From the NCBI GenBank assembly GCA_023539495.1, contig JAKCEV010000001.1, positions 1 through 59,083 on the forward strand: DNA of 59,083 bases. Reading direction: 5' to 3'. Shown here in pieces: positions 25,739 through 35,520 of the stretch (the stretch's first letter is position 1; every line of letters begins with the position of its first letter). The position numbers were made by a program, and so were the translations under genes. The stretch comes from Candidatus Wolframiiraptor allenii. Lineage in GTDB: Archaea > Thermoproteota > Nitrososphaeria_A > Caldarchaeales > Wolframiiraptoraceae. The notes below the pieces were generated by a model. It saw only the letters and a program-made list of their open reading frames with translations. It had not been told where the DNA came from and searched no databases.

Positions 25739-27003
25739 GTGAGGAGTATAAGCGGGAATATGTCTTCGGGCTGGATTACGGGACGAGCGACTTCAAGTTT
25801 GGGCCGATAGCGTTAGGAGAGGTGCCGGAGGTAATCGAGAACAGGGGGTACTTCATTGATAGAAGCTCCCTCATGTCGAGGATAATGGGGGTTGACAGGG
25901 AGATCGTTGTTGGCAAGGATATTTCGAGGTTTCTCGAGTCGCGGGAGGACTTGGCGGAGCGAATGGTCTACCCGATGCGAAACGGCGTCATAGCAAGGGA
26001 TGATGAGCGGGCTTGGAGGGTCATAAGGGAGCTCACGAGATATGCTCTTGAGAGCTTTGCCCCGCCTGATGAGGAGTTTCAGGGGTTCTATGTGGTCGCT
26101 AGCATCTCGATCGTCTCGCCCAGATACATGTATGAAAGGCTTTTCGAGATCTTCCGGGAGCTTAATCGTGATAGGGTTCTTGTTAAGGCTGCAACGATAA
26201 TTCCGCAGCCCCTCGCGGTCGCGATCTCCCAGAAGACGCCGACATGCACTGTAGTTGAGTCAGGTCATGGGAACACGCAGATATGCCCGATCTCCATGTA
26301 TCCCGTGAGGAATGCGGTTATAGCGCTTAATCGGGGTGGAGGGGCTGCTAACACGCTCACTATGGAGATATTGAAGGACGCGGGCTATGGTGACCTCGCG
26401 AAGGAGGAGAGCTTCGTTAGGTTGGTCAAGGAAAAGATTGGGCTCATCCCGAGGAACCTAGACGAGGCCATCAGGTATGCGAAGGGCAACCCGGAGAAGG
26501 TCAAGGTCTCGCTCAAGATCCCGGGAACGAGGATCAAGATAGTATTGGATGACATGGCGTGGACCAGGTTCCTGATAGGCGAGTTCATTTTCAACCCGGG
26601 CCATGAGATCTTCCAGAGCTACTTCGCGAGGGGCATGCCTAAGCCGAGTGACATCAAGATCGGGGACACATACTTCTATGGCATGATGGACATGGCTGAG
26701 GCCGTGATAACATCGGTCGAGAGATGCTCGATAGAGCTTCAGCCCCACCTATACTCTAGGATACTCCTCTCTGGCGGGAACTTTAGCTGGGATGTGCCGG
26801 AGGGCCTTGAGGGGATAGCGGTCAGGCCTGATGAGAAGCTGAGGCAACAACTGCTCGAGAAGGAGATAGAGGGGGCCAACGTCTCGATCGTCGAGGATCC
26901 AAAATACTCGGTCTGGAGGGGCTGCATAGTGTATGGATACGCGGTCCCGCATGATTATGAGTGGAGATGGGAGAGGATGGAGGGGTGGATGTATGTCGCG
27001 TAA
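25735..27003 (+). CDS. Crenactin (archaeal actin homologue)
   Basis: Actin-fold phosphate-1 FGLDYGTSDFKFGP, ESGHGNTQICPI, LNRGGGAAN, LLSGGNFSW, YSVWRGCIVYGYA. By memory it aligns collinearly with Pyrobaculum crenactin. Confidence 0.88.
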   Translation: MSEEYKREYVFGLDYGTSDFKFGPIALGEVPEVIENRGYFIDRSSLMSRIMGVDREIVVGKDISRFLESREDLAERMVYPMRNGVIARDDERAWRVIRELTRYALESFAPPDEEFQGFYVVASISIVSPRYMYERLFEIFRELNRDRVLVKAATIIPQPLAVAISQKTPTCTVVESGHGNTQICPISMYPVRNAVIALNRGGGAANTLTMEILKDAGYGDLAKEESFVRLVKEKIGLIPRNLDEAIRYAKGNPEKVKVSLKIPGTRIKIVLDDMAWTRFLIGEFIFNPGHEIFQSYFARGMPKPSDIKIGDTYFYGMMDMAEAVITSVERCSIELQPHLYSRILLSGGNFSWDVPEGLEGIAVRPDEKLRQQLLEKEIEGANVSIVEDPKYSVWRGCIVYGYAVPHDYEWRWERMEGWMYVA

Positions 27004-27685
27004 CCGCCTTACCCCCGAGGACGTAATCTCGGCATTCTATGAGGAGGAGGGGTTCTATGAGGTGGAGAGGGGAAGGGACCCCGAGTCACTATATTCCAGC
27101 AGGCTCGTATTATCCGATGGAGCCAGGGAGATACTCGTGAGCATACTTGATGAGGATGCCTTGACGAGTAAGGGCGCCCTCCAAGACGCCCTTCTCCACG
27201 CAGAGAGGATGAAATCGAGATACGATGGCGTCTGCATAGCTATCCCGCGGAAATATGCCAAGGCGATAGATGATAATGTGATGATACTACATGGCTTCGG
27301 GCTGATAATCTATGATAGGATGGGGGCGGAGGAAATTATTCCGCCGAGGTTTAAGGAGAGAAGGGAGGCTCCCCAGAAGCTGGAGGAGCATGTACAGGAT
27401 ACACATGTCAGCTCACAAGAGATCATCGAGCTGAAGAAACAGATCTCGAAGCTCCTAAGGATAATTGAGGAGCTTGAGGCGAGACTTGACAGGCTCGAGA
27501 AGGATCATCGAGGCATAATTGAGAGGGTAGCAAGGCTTGAGAGAGGCGGCCCCGTATCACCCGCGGCTGGGGAGAAATCTGAACGCGCTGAACCCATGCC
27601 TCGTGCCGAGGTGAAGCGCGCTGGCAGTCTCCCCTCATACCTCGTGGACAATCCATGGGTTGAGATCCTGTCTCGGAGGGAGTAG
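26993..27685 (+). CDS. Coiled-coil protein, arcadin-2-like by position
   Basis: Starts at an ATG overlapping the crenactin stop. Heptad region QEIIELKKQISKLLRIIEELEARLDRLEKDH. Hydrophobic C-terminal tail SLPSYLVDNPWVEIL. Confidence 0.5.
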   Translation: MSRNRLTPEDVISAFYEEEGFYEVERGRDPESLYSSRLVLSDGAREILVSILDEDALTSKGALQDALLHAERMKSRYDGVCIAIPRKYAKAIDDNVMILHGFGLIIYDRMGAEEIIPPRFKERREAPQKLEEHVQDTHVSSQEIIELKKQISKLLRIIEELEARLDRLEKDHRGIIERVARLERGGPVSPAAGEKSERAEPMPRAEVKRAGSLPSYLVDNPWVEILSRRE

Positions 27686-28453
27686 CTGCTGCTAAGGCTC
27701 ATCTTCCTAGGGACCGGCTCCATAATACCCACGAGCCAGAGGTTTTCCTCCGGGATACTGCTTGAGGCCAATAATGGGCTTAGAATTCTCCTCGATATGG
27801 GGCCCGGGGTCCTAGAGAAGCTTAGGAGGATTGGTGTGGATCCCGGGAGCATCAGCATAATTTTAATCACCCATCTCCACTTGGATCATGTTTCTGACCT
27901 CTTGCCATTCATAAAGCTGAAAGCCCTCTCGGATAGGAGATTATTCAGGGTCTTCGGCCCCCGTGGCATAGGCGAGATGCTTGATCTATTAGTTTCCGAT
28001 CGGAGGCTTTTCGGATATCTCTCGGATCTTGGCTGCCGTGACATAGTAGAGATCCACGAAGTTTGGGATGACGTACTGGAGCTTGAACCCGGCATAATCC
28101 TGAGATCCAAGCCCGTTGAACACTTTAATGGCGTCGCGTATAGGATAGACCTCCCCTCAACCTCGATAACGTATTCCGGTGACACAGCGCCCGACCCAAG
28201 GCTTATAGAGCTTGCACGCGGGACGAGTATCCTAATCCATGAGTGCTCATTCCCCGCTGATAGGCTCAAGGGCAAGCATACGTCCGCGGAGGACCTCATG
28301 AGGATAGCCAGTGAAGTGGGACCGAGGATCCTCGTTCTCACACACATCTATCCTGAGATGGAGGAGAGGCTCCAAGAATACTTGGAGAGGTTTGGGAAGA
28401 AGCTCGGCATGGTTGTTTATGCGCCGAGGGATTTTGACACAATCGAGGTGTAA
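27686..28453 (+). CDS. Metallo-beta-lactamase-fold hydrolase (start codon uncertain)
   Basis: The N-terminal strand RLIFLGTGS is encoded upstream of the first ATG (27797). HLHLDH motif. GGAGGGAG lies 5' of CTG 27686. In frame with the preceding gene across a single TAG. Confidence 0.7.
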   Translation: MLLRLIFLGTGSIIPTSQRFSSGILLEANNGLRILLDMGPGVLEKLRRIGVDPGSISIILITHLHLDHVSDLLPFIKLKALSDRRLFRVFGPRGIGEMLDLLVSDRRLFGYLSDLGCRDIVEIHEVWDDVLELEPGIILRSKPVEHFNGVAYRIDLPSTSITYSGDTAPDPRLIELARGTSILIHECSFPADRLKGKHTSAEDLMRIASEVGPRILVLTHIYPEMEERLQEYLERFGKKLGMVVYAPRDFDTIEV

Positions 28454-28536
28454 CCTAGGCAATATCCGAGGATATTTCCACATGTTCCCGGGGGCGCTGA
28501 GCTTGGGGGAAATTTCTTTAAGCCCTCGAGCTGAGC

Positions 28537-29082
28537 GTGAGGTGGCTGGTGAGAAGGCGCTTGATCCTGAGTGACTTCGACCTCTGGAACTATATCAGGA
28601 GTGGGAGGCTCGTGATAGAGCCGTTCAGGGATGATGTTGTCAGAGAGAATGGCCTCGACCTCAGGATCGGAAGGCAGATGGCGAGGCTCAAGCCCGTTGA
28701 CAAGGTTCTCGACGTGCACGGTGACAACATTGCAGAGTTCTACGAGATAGAGGAGGGTGATAGCTTCCTGATAAGGCCGAGGGAACACGTCCTTTTACAT
28801 ACAATGGAGTACATCAAACTCCCCCTAGACCTTATGGGCTTCGTGAACTTGAGGAGCAGCTATGCAAGGATAGGCTTAACGATCCCGCCGACTATAATTG
28901 ACGCGAACTTCGAGGGGCAGCTCACAATAGAGCTCGTTGGAGGGGAGTTTCCCGTAAGGCTCTATTCCGGTGACAGGTTCCTCCACGTCGTATTTGCCAA
29001 GCTCTCATCGCCGGTGGAGAAGCCGTATAAGGGCAAGTATCAGGGCCAGAGGGGTGTGAGGCTGCCATCCTTCAAGGACTAA
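28537..29082 (+). CDS. dcd: dCTP deaminase
   Basis: ILSD..L...I..G.L.IEPF N-terminus, GLDLRIG, SSYARIGL, dUTPase-like fold. The likely true start is TTG 28561. Confidence 0.88.
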   Translation: MRWLVRRRLILSDFDLWNYIRSGRLVIEPFRDDVVRENGLDLRIGRQMARLKPVDKVLDVHGDNIAEFYEIEEGDSFLIRPREHVLLHTMEYIKLPLDLMGFVNLRSSYARIGLTIPPTIIDANFEGQLTIELVGGEFPVRLYSGDRFLHVVFAKLSSPVEKPYKGKYQGQRGVRLPSFKD

Positions 29083-29125
29083 ATCCTTTTTAGCGCGATC
29101 CACGGGTCTTAACCATGGGAGCCCT

Positions 29126-30277
29126 TTGTGGGTTAGGGTCATCAGGCCTGACGCGGTCCTAGTCTGGAATGACCCTGAAGTGCGAAGAAGACTTAGCTGG
29201 TATCGTTCCGTCATGTTGAATGAGACACCAGCCAAGTTCATGATCGTGAGAGCGGTTAGGGCTCCGAGCAATATTCGGGATCTCGGTGAGGAGGAGCTAT
29301 GGAGAATCCATGATGAGCTTCATCAGGAGGCCGAGGAGCTCTTCAAGCAGATGTATGGATCCGGCGTTGACGAGGAGAGGCTTAAGCCAGCCAGCCCATC
29401 ATATCTAGATGTTAAGATAGAGCTTGCTAGGAAGATCATGAGAAGGTGTAGGTTCTGCGAGTGGAGGTGTGAGGTTGATAGGGTCTCGGGTCAGAGGGGG
29501 GTTTGCGGGCTTGGAGACGAGGCATATGTGGCATCATTCTTCCATCATCATGGCGAGGAGGCGCCCTTAATCGGGACTGAGGGGCAGGGCGGCTCGGGCA
29601 CGATATTTTTTGTGTCATGCAACTTCCACTGCGTCTTCTGTCAAAACTGGGATATATCGCATCCGAGGGGAGGACTTGAGGGCGCTGGTGTGAGAGTTGA
29701 TGCGAAGAGACTGGCGCTGATAGCGAAGAACCTGAGGCTCGGGGGAGCGGCGAACATAAACTATGTAGGAGGGGATCCGACGCCCAACACCTGGATCATC
29801 ATAGAATCCCTGAAATACTTGGACGTGAACGCGCCCATACTCTGGAATAGCAACATGTATCTCAGCATGGAGTCCATGAAGCTCCTCCTCGACCTCGTTG
29901 ATATATGGCTCCCCGACTTCAAGTACTGGAATAATGAGTGCGCTGTGAGGCTCTCGAATGTCCGCGGGAAACTTGGCTACAGGGAGGCTGTTACGAGAAA
30001 CCACCTCTTAGCAGCGAAGCATGGTGACATGATTATAAGGCATTTAGTCCTTCCAAATCACCTTGAATGTGATACTAAGCCGATCCTGAAGTGGATTGCG
30101 GAGAACATTGGGGACAGGGTTCTAGTGAATATCATGGAGCAGTATAGGCCGGAGTACCTCGTCCTGAGGAGCCCGGATAAGTATCCGGATGTTGCTAGGA
30201 GGCCGAGCTGGGGCGAGATGCAGGAGGCCTACCACTATGCTGAGGAGCTCGGGATAGTGTTCCGCCCTGTCTCCTAG
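29126..30277 (+). CDS. Radical SAM protein, PflX-like
   Basis: CNFHCVFC (CxxxCxxC) cluster preceded by the Cys-rich CRFCEWRCEV...GVCGL segment. Confidence 0.8.
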   Translation: MWVRVIRPDAVLVWNDPEVRRRLSWYRSVMLNETPAKFMIVRAVRAPSNIRDLGEEELWRIHDELHQEAEELFKQMYGSGVDEERLKPASPSYLDVKIELARKIMRRCRFCEWRCEVDRVSGQRGVCGLGDEAYVASFFHHHGEEAPLIGTEGQGGSGTIFFVSCNFHCVFCQNWDISHPRGGLEGAGVRVDAKRLALIAKNLRLGGAANINYVGGDPTPNTWIIIESLKYLDVNAPILWNSNMYLSMESMKLLLDLVDIWLPDFKYWNNECAVRLSNVRGKLGYREAVTRNHLLAAKHGDMIIRHLVLPNHLECDTKPILKWIAENIGDRVLVNIMEQYRPEYLVLRSPDKYPDVARRPSWGEMQEAYHYAEELGIVFRPVS

Positions 30278-30283
30278 AAGCCT

Positions 30284-30940
30284 CTACTCCTTTTCCAGGA
30301 TCACGACATCAACTTTCGCAAGCCCTTTAAATCGCTCGGCATCGGCCCTCGAGCCAACTATAGCGCCATAGTGCATCGGTATCGCTATCTTTGGCTTGAA
30401 AGTATTGACAGCTTCGGCAGCCTCCTCAGCCGTCATAACGAATGTACCGCTCACAGGGACGAGCGCTATATCCACGTTCAAATTCCTCATCTCCGGGATG
30501 AAGTCCGTGTCCCCGGCGTGATAAATCCTTACACCATCCAGCTCGATGACGTATCCCACGGAGCCCTCCTCCCTCGGGTGATAGACTATTCCAGGAGCCC
30601 TGAACTTATTCACGTTATAGGCTGGGACGGCCTCGACTTTCACGCCCTTAATCTCCACACTATCGCCTGGCTTCACAAGCTTAACAACCCCCGTCTTCAG
30701 AAGCCTAAGCTTATCCCTACAATTCTCTGGTGCGATGATATACGTCTCCGGCTTAACAATCTTCTTAATGTCCTCGAGGCTCAGGTGATCGAAATGCTCA
30801 TGCGTTACGAGGATTATGTCCGCCCTCCCCTTAGGCTGGATATTGAATGGATCCACGTATATGATGTTCCCGCGGTGGGATATCATGAAAGCCGCGTGGC
30901 CGAGCCAGGTAACCTCCACCTCACCATACTTGAATGGCAT
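30284..30940 (-). CDS. Metallo-beta-lactamase-fold hydrolase (UPF0173-like)
   Basis: MPFKYGEVEVTWLGHAAFMI start, VTHEHFDH motif. The track's N-terminal extension was trimmed to the ATG at 30940. Confidence 0.8.
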   Translation of the reverse strand: MPFKYGEVEVTWLGHAAFMISHRGNIIYVDPFNIQPKGRADIILVTHEHFDHLSLEDIKKIVKPETYIIAPENCRDKLRLLKTGVVKLVKPGDSVEIKGVKVEAVPAYNVNKFRAPGIVYHPREEGSVGYVIELDGVRIYHAGDTDFIPEMRNLNVDIALVPVSGTFVMTAEEAAEAVNTFKPKIAIPMHYGAIVGSRADAERFKGLAKVDVVILEKE

Positions 30941-31053
30941 GACAATACATCCAGCCAAGCCTCTTAAAAGATTTCCTCCAAAAGCCGGATAAAATCCTAC
31001 GGATGCGAGTAGCCTATAACGGCCATAGAAAATATAGAGAAACACCATAAATT

Positions 31054-31659
31054 ATGAGGTTAAGATTTAAGAATGAATCTTGCCAGATCATATATTGTGG
31101 GCCTATGAGCTGGTGGTATAGCCTGCTGGATATCGGGATAGGAATATTGCAGTTGATTCTAGGTGTAGCCTTGGCGCTATTCAGTATAACCATAGCCCTT
31201 AATATCTTGGATAGGACCACGAAGACGATAAATGAGTTTGAGGAGATACGCAAGAGGAATCTTGCCGTGGCGATATACATCGCGGGAATACTGATAGCCG
31301 TTGGAAACGTTGTTGGGCAGGCGGTGACCGGCATTAGCAGAGCAGTTATACCGGGGCAGTTCAACCTAGCAGCATTAATAGCTGGCCTCATCCAGCTATT
31401 CATAGGCCTACCACTAGCAATAGTCCTAATAGTCTGGGCTCAATCAAGGGTTTACAGGTGGCTTGTAAGAGCGGCTGAGAAGCTGCCAGGAGTAACGGAC
31501 ATAAAGGAATTCGACATAGAGACGGAGCTAAAGAATGGAAACATAGCGACGGCGGTGATACTGTTTGGCACATTCGTCGCTATCTCGCTAGTCGCAAGCC
31601 AAGGCGTAGCCTGGCTATCAGAGCCACTAGCTTCAGCAATACTCCGTCTAATAAGCTGA
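31054..31659 (+). CDS. Integral membrane protein with two DUF350-like repeats
   Basis: Two halves each contain E(E/T)..K..N.A.A followed by TM helices (EEIRKRNLAVAIYIAG and ETELKNGNIATAVILFG). Confidence 0.55.
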   Translation: MRLRFKNESCQIIYCGPMSWWYSLLDIGIGILQLILGVALALFSITIALNILDRTTKTINEFEEIRKRNLAVAIYIAGILIAVGNVVGQAVTGISRAVIPGQFNLAALIAGLIQLFIGLPLAIVLIVWAQSRVYRWLVRAAEKLPGVTDIKEFDIETELKNGNIATAVILFGTFVAISLVASQGVAWLSEPLASAILRLIS

Positions 31660-31726
31660 CACGTTTCCACCTTTTTCTTTTCTAAAAATCTTTTATTCTT
31701 ATTAGAAGTAGCAATGAAGGTGTTTT

Positions 31727-32356
31727 ATGATGGTGCAGGTTCAGAAAGAGCTAACCCCTGCTGAGATCGCTAGGAATGTCTCAAAGTCTATAGCTAGGTT
31801 AATCGTCTATATCGTTCTCTATGTCGCGGTATCAGCGTTTGTGAAATATCTCATCGCTGATTTCCTCCCTAGGTTTGGGATGAGCTTGGGGGAGTATGAG
31901 GTTTATGTCCAGATCCTCTTGGCGCTGGCCTTCGGCTTCCTGATCGCCGGCGCTGTAGCCAGCTTCTTTTACTGGTCCACCGTCGGCAAGTATGGCCACC
32001 CGACAGCCGCCGCCATAAGAAATGTCGTCAGGTTTGTGGGCATCGGCGGGATGCTAGCGGCTATAGCTGGTGGGGTTGCTGGGGGAGCAGCTGGCGTGGC
32101 GCTCGGAGGCTTCATAGGCATGGTCATAGGCTTCGCATCCCAGCAAGTCCTAGGGCAGACCATAGCTGGCCTCTTCCTATTGATAGCGAGGCCCTTCAAG
32201 ATAGGAGACCCTGTGATCTTAGCCGGCGAAGAAGGTGTGGTGGAGGATGTTACAACCCTTTTCACAGTAATTGCCAAAGCTGATGGGACTAAGGTGCTGA
32301 TACCAAGCAACACTATAATCGGTGGAAAGATAATTCTGAAGCCGAGGCAGCAATAA
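31727..32356 (+). CDS. mscS: Small-conductance mechanosensitive channel (MscS family)
   Basis: TM3-beta domain signature LLIARPFKIGDPVILAGEEGVVEDVTTLFTVIAKADGTKVLIPSN. Confidence 0.8.
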   Translation: MMVQVQKELTPAEIARNVSKSIARLIVYIVLYVAVSAFVKYLIADFLPRFGMSLGEYEVYVQILLALAFGFLIAGAVASFFYWSTVGKYGHPTAAAIRNVVRFVGIGGMLAAIAGGVAGGAAGVALGGFIGMVIGFASQQVLGQTIAGLFLLIARPFKIGDPVILAGEEGVVEDVTTLFTVIAKADGTKVLIPSNTIIGGKIILKPRQQ

Positions 32357-32412
32357 CACCCCCATCTTTTTATCCCTAGGATGCATTGGGGCCTAGAAAT
32401 CATAATTAGATA

Positions 32413-33180
32413 GTGGCTGCTGCTTATGAGGCGGCTTTGCTAGTGGATGTCCACTGTCATCTTACTGCACGGGAGTTTGAGGGACACGTGCCCCGGGTGA
32501 TTAGGGAGGCTGTTGAAGCTGGGATAGCCGTGATCATAACTTCGGGCCTAGGATACATGGATGCTCTGAGGGCACTTGAAATCTCCGACTACATGAGGGT
32601 CTACCCATCAATAGGCATAGCCCCATATGAGCTTGAGGGCTATGAGGAAGTTCTAGAGCTGATTGAGGGGGAGAGGTCGAGGATCGTCGCTGTCGGTGAG
32701 GTTGGGCTCGACTACTGGCGCGGCGACAGGGATCAGAGGAGTCTCCAGCAAGTGGTTTTTGAGGAGTTTATAGATCTCGCCAAGTCCCTTGACCTGCCGA
32801 TCATAGTCCACTCGAGGAGCGCCGGGAAGTATGCCCTCGAGATCCTCATGCGCAAGAGGGCTGAGCGTGTCGTGATGCATGCTTTCGACGGCAATGCTTC
32901 CTACGCGGCTAGGGCTGCTAGCAGGGGATACATGTTCAGCATACCCCCGTCGATAGCTAGGAGCAGGCAAAAGCAAAAGCTCGTGGAGAAGCTCCCACTC
33001 GAGAACCTCCTCCTAGAGAGTGATGCCCCAGTCCTCGCGCCCTCAAGGGACGAGATAAATCATCCGAGAAATGTGAAAGTCTCGGCCGAGTGGATAAGCA
33101 GGATTAAGGGCGTGTCCCTTGAGGAGGTTGAGGATAAGACCACCCGGAACGCGGTTGAGCTGTTCAGGCTGAGGGTATGA
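32413..33180 (+). CDS. tatD: TatD-family metal-dependent hydrolase
   Basis: VDVHCHL, GEVGLDY, IVHSR, HAFDG and ESDAP motifs in canonical order. Confidence 0.85.
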   Translation: MAAAYEAALLVDVHCHLTAREFEGHVPRVIREAVEAGIAVIITSGLGYMDALRALEISDYMRVYPSIGIAPYELEGYEEVLELIEGERSRIVAVGEVGLDYWRGDRDQRSLQQVVFEEFIDLAKSLDLPIIVHSRSAGKYALEILMRKRAERVVMHAFDGNASYAARAASRGYMFSIPPSIARSRQKQKLVEKLPLENLLLESDAPVLAPSRDEINHPRNVKVSAEWISRIKGVSLEEVEDKTTRNAVELFRLRV

Positions 33181-33262
33181 CCACCGGATTCCGAGAAAGA
33201 TCTAATTACCAGTCGTGGCATCTATTTCTCAGGTGAGCTCTTTGAGCCTGAGAGAGGTCTCG

Positions 33263-34222
33263 ATGCTTCCCTGGGTTGAAAAGTACCGGCCGAGATCGCT
33301 CGACGAGATAGTGAATCAGGAGGAGGTTGTCAGCAGCCTGAAGAATATCCTCCAGACGAAGGCTGTTCCACATATGCTCTTCGCCGGCCCGCCTGGTGTT
33401 GGGAAGACCGCGACAGCCCATGCCTTCGCGAGGGACCTATTCGGCCCCAACTACATCGAGAATGGATATTTCTTGGAGATAAACGCGTCGGATGAGAGAG
33501 GGATCCAGACGATTAGGGAGAAGGTGAAGATGTTTGCGAGGCAGATACCGATGGGCGAGTATAGCTTCAAGATCCTCTTTTTGGATGAGAGCGATCAGCT
33601 CACGGATGATGCGCAGCACGCATTTAGGAGGGTTATGGAGCAGTTCTCCGTGACATGTAGGTTCATCTTAGCCGCGAACTACAGCAACAGGATAATCGAG
33701 CCCATACAGTCTAGGTGTGCGGTCTTCAGGTTCAAGCCGCTTAGCAAGATTCACATTATCCAGTATCTCAAGCGGATAGCGGATAATGAGGGGCTCGAGG
33801 TTGACGACCAAGCATACGAGGTCATCTATGATTTCTCTGAAGGTGATATGAGGAAGGCGATAAACATCCTACAGGCATGTGCCTCCATCTCTAAGAGAAT
33901 TGAGGAGAAGACAGTCTACGAGGTCATGGGGTATGTCAGCAGGGGCGAGGTTAGGAGGATACTGGAGCTCGCCCTCTCCGGGAAGTTCACCGACGCTAGG
34001 GATGAAGTTAGAAGGCTCCTCTACGTCCAAGGGATAATGCCGAGCGACCTCGTCTCCGCAATCTATCGAGAGCTCTTTTACATCGACTTAGACGAGGATG
34101 ATAAACTCGAGCTTCTGGACCTGCTCGGCGAGGTGGATTACAGAGTATCTGAAGGAGCAACGCCGGAGGTCCAGCTGATGGCATTCCTCGCGAGACTCGC
34201 GGCTAAAAGGAAGAGGGCCTGA
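33263..34222 (+). CDS. rfcS: Replication factor C small subunit
   Basis: MLPWVEKYRPRSLDEIV, Walker A GPPGVGKT, DESD(Q), SRC motif (IQSRCAVFRF). Track start trimmed to the ATG at 33263. Confidence 0.93.
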   Translation: MLPWVEKYRPRSLDEIVNQEEVVSSLKNILQTKAVPHMLFAGPPGVGKTATAHAFARDLFGPNYIENGYFLEINASDERGIQTIREKVKMFARQIPMGEYSFKILFLDESDQLTDDAQHAFRRVMEQFSVTCRFILAANYSNRIIEPIQSRCAVFRFKPLSKIHIIQYLKRIADNEGLEVDDQAYEVIYDFSEGDMRKAINILQACASISKRIEEKTVYEVMGYVSRGEVRRILELALSGKFTDARDEVRRLLYVQGIMPSDLVSAIYRELFYIDLDEDDKLELLDLLGEVDYRVSEGATPEVQLMAFLARLAAKRKRA

Positions 34223-34224
34223 GG

Positions 34225-35520
34225 GTGTGGCCCTTGACGGAACTTTGGGTCGAAAAGTACAGGCCCAAGCGGGTTGCGGAGGTCGTCGGGAATAGGGAGT
34301 CTGTCGAGACGTTTGTGAAGTGGATGAAGCAGTGGGAGCTTGGTAGACCTCCTGAGAAGAGGGCGGTTCTGCTTTATGGCCCGGCCGGAGTAGGGAAGAC
34401 GAGTCTCGTCCTAGCATATGGCAGGGAGCATGGTTATGATGTGGTCGAGGTGAACGCGAGCGACTGGAGGGATGAGGCTAGGGTGAAGGCTGTCGTCGGC
34501 GAATCGTCGCTCCAAGCCACGCTCGAGGGCTCAACAAAGAAGATAATACTCGTGGATGAGGTTGATGGAATCGCGGGAAAGGAGGATGCGGGAGGAATAG
34601 CGGCCCTAAGTAGGATAATAAACGAGACAAGGGTTCCGCTCGTGCTTGTTGCGAATAACCCATGGGATCCGAAGCTCGCCCCGATCAGGGAGAAGTGCCT
34701 CATGCTCGAGTTCAGGAGGCTGAAGAAAACCGAGGTGGTGAAGAGGCTTAGGGAGATCGCGGAGATGGAGGGCATCAAGGTATCCGACGCAGTCCTTGAG
34801 AAGCTGGCTGAGAGGAGTGAGGGCGATCTCAGGTCCGCGATAAACGACTTCCAGGCCATAGCAGGCGGGAGAAAGGTGGTTGATGAACGGGCTCTCGAGG
34901 CCCTAGGTTCGAGGAACAGGGTTAGGGAGATCTTCGACGCTCTCAGGATGGTTTTCAATGCGAAGTCCGTGAGGGCCGCTAGGGCGGCGCTCGAGGGGTT
35001 GGAAGTCGACTTAGACATGGTCTACACGTGGATCTTGGATAACGCGCCGGAGCAGATCCCGGATCCCGCGGACTTGGCCGAGGCTTTTGAGGCCTTAGCA
35101 CGGGCGGACCTGATACTCGCTAGAGTGAATAGGAAGCAGGAGTGGAGGCTGATGCGCTACGCGATCCCGGTGATGACCGGCGGCGTCGCGCTGGCGAGGA
35201 AGCATAAGCCATCAGGATTCGTAAAGTTCACGTTCCCGCCAAGGATCAGGTTTCTCCAAGCAACGAGCGCGGAGAGGGAGCTCAGGAGATCAATAGCCCA
35301 GAAGATAGCCACAAGACTTCACCTCTCAACGGCGAAGGCGCTGAGCCAAATGCTGCCATACATATCATTCATCATGGTAAATGATGGTGGGATGGGTGAG
35401 GCGCTCGCGAGATATTTCGAGTTCACACCATCGGAGATAAGTTATCTTAAGGGAGGGAAGGCTGAGGAGGCTAAGGAGGCGGGAGCACGTAGGAGAGCGG
35501 TCAGAAGAAAGAAGAGCTAG
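34225..35520 (+). CDS. rfcL: Replication factor C large subunit
   Basis: WVEKYRPKRVAEVVGN, GPAGVGKTS, VDEVDG, basic C-terminal tail (RRRAVRRKKS). Confidence 0.9.
   Translation: MWPLTELWVEKYRPKRVAEVVGNRESVETFVKWMKQWELGRPPEKRAVLLYGPAGVGKTSLVLAYGREHGYDVVEVNASDWRDEARVKAVVGESSLQATLEGSTKKIILVDEVDGIAGKEDAGGIAALSRIINETRVPLVLVANNPWDPKLAPIREKCLMLEFRRLKKTEVVKRLREIAEMEGIKVSDAVLEKLAERSEGDLRSAINDFQAIAGGRKVVDERALEALGSRNRVREIFDALRMVFNAKSVRAARAALEGLEVDLDMVYTWILDNAPEQIPDPADLAEAFEALARADLILARVNRKQEWRLMRYAIPVMTGGVALARKHKPSGFVKFTFPPRIRFLQATSAERELRRSIAQKIATRLHLSTAKALSQMLPYISFIMVNDGGMGEALARYFEFTPSEISYLKGGKAEEAKEAGARRRAVRRKKS

Noticed and set aside
27683-27685. The TAG between the arcadin-2-like and MBL genes read as pyrrolysine.
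   Set aside because: There are no pyl genes or PYLIS-like context, and the lineage is not known to use Pyl. CTG re-initiation or an error is more parsimonious.
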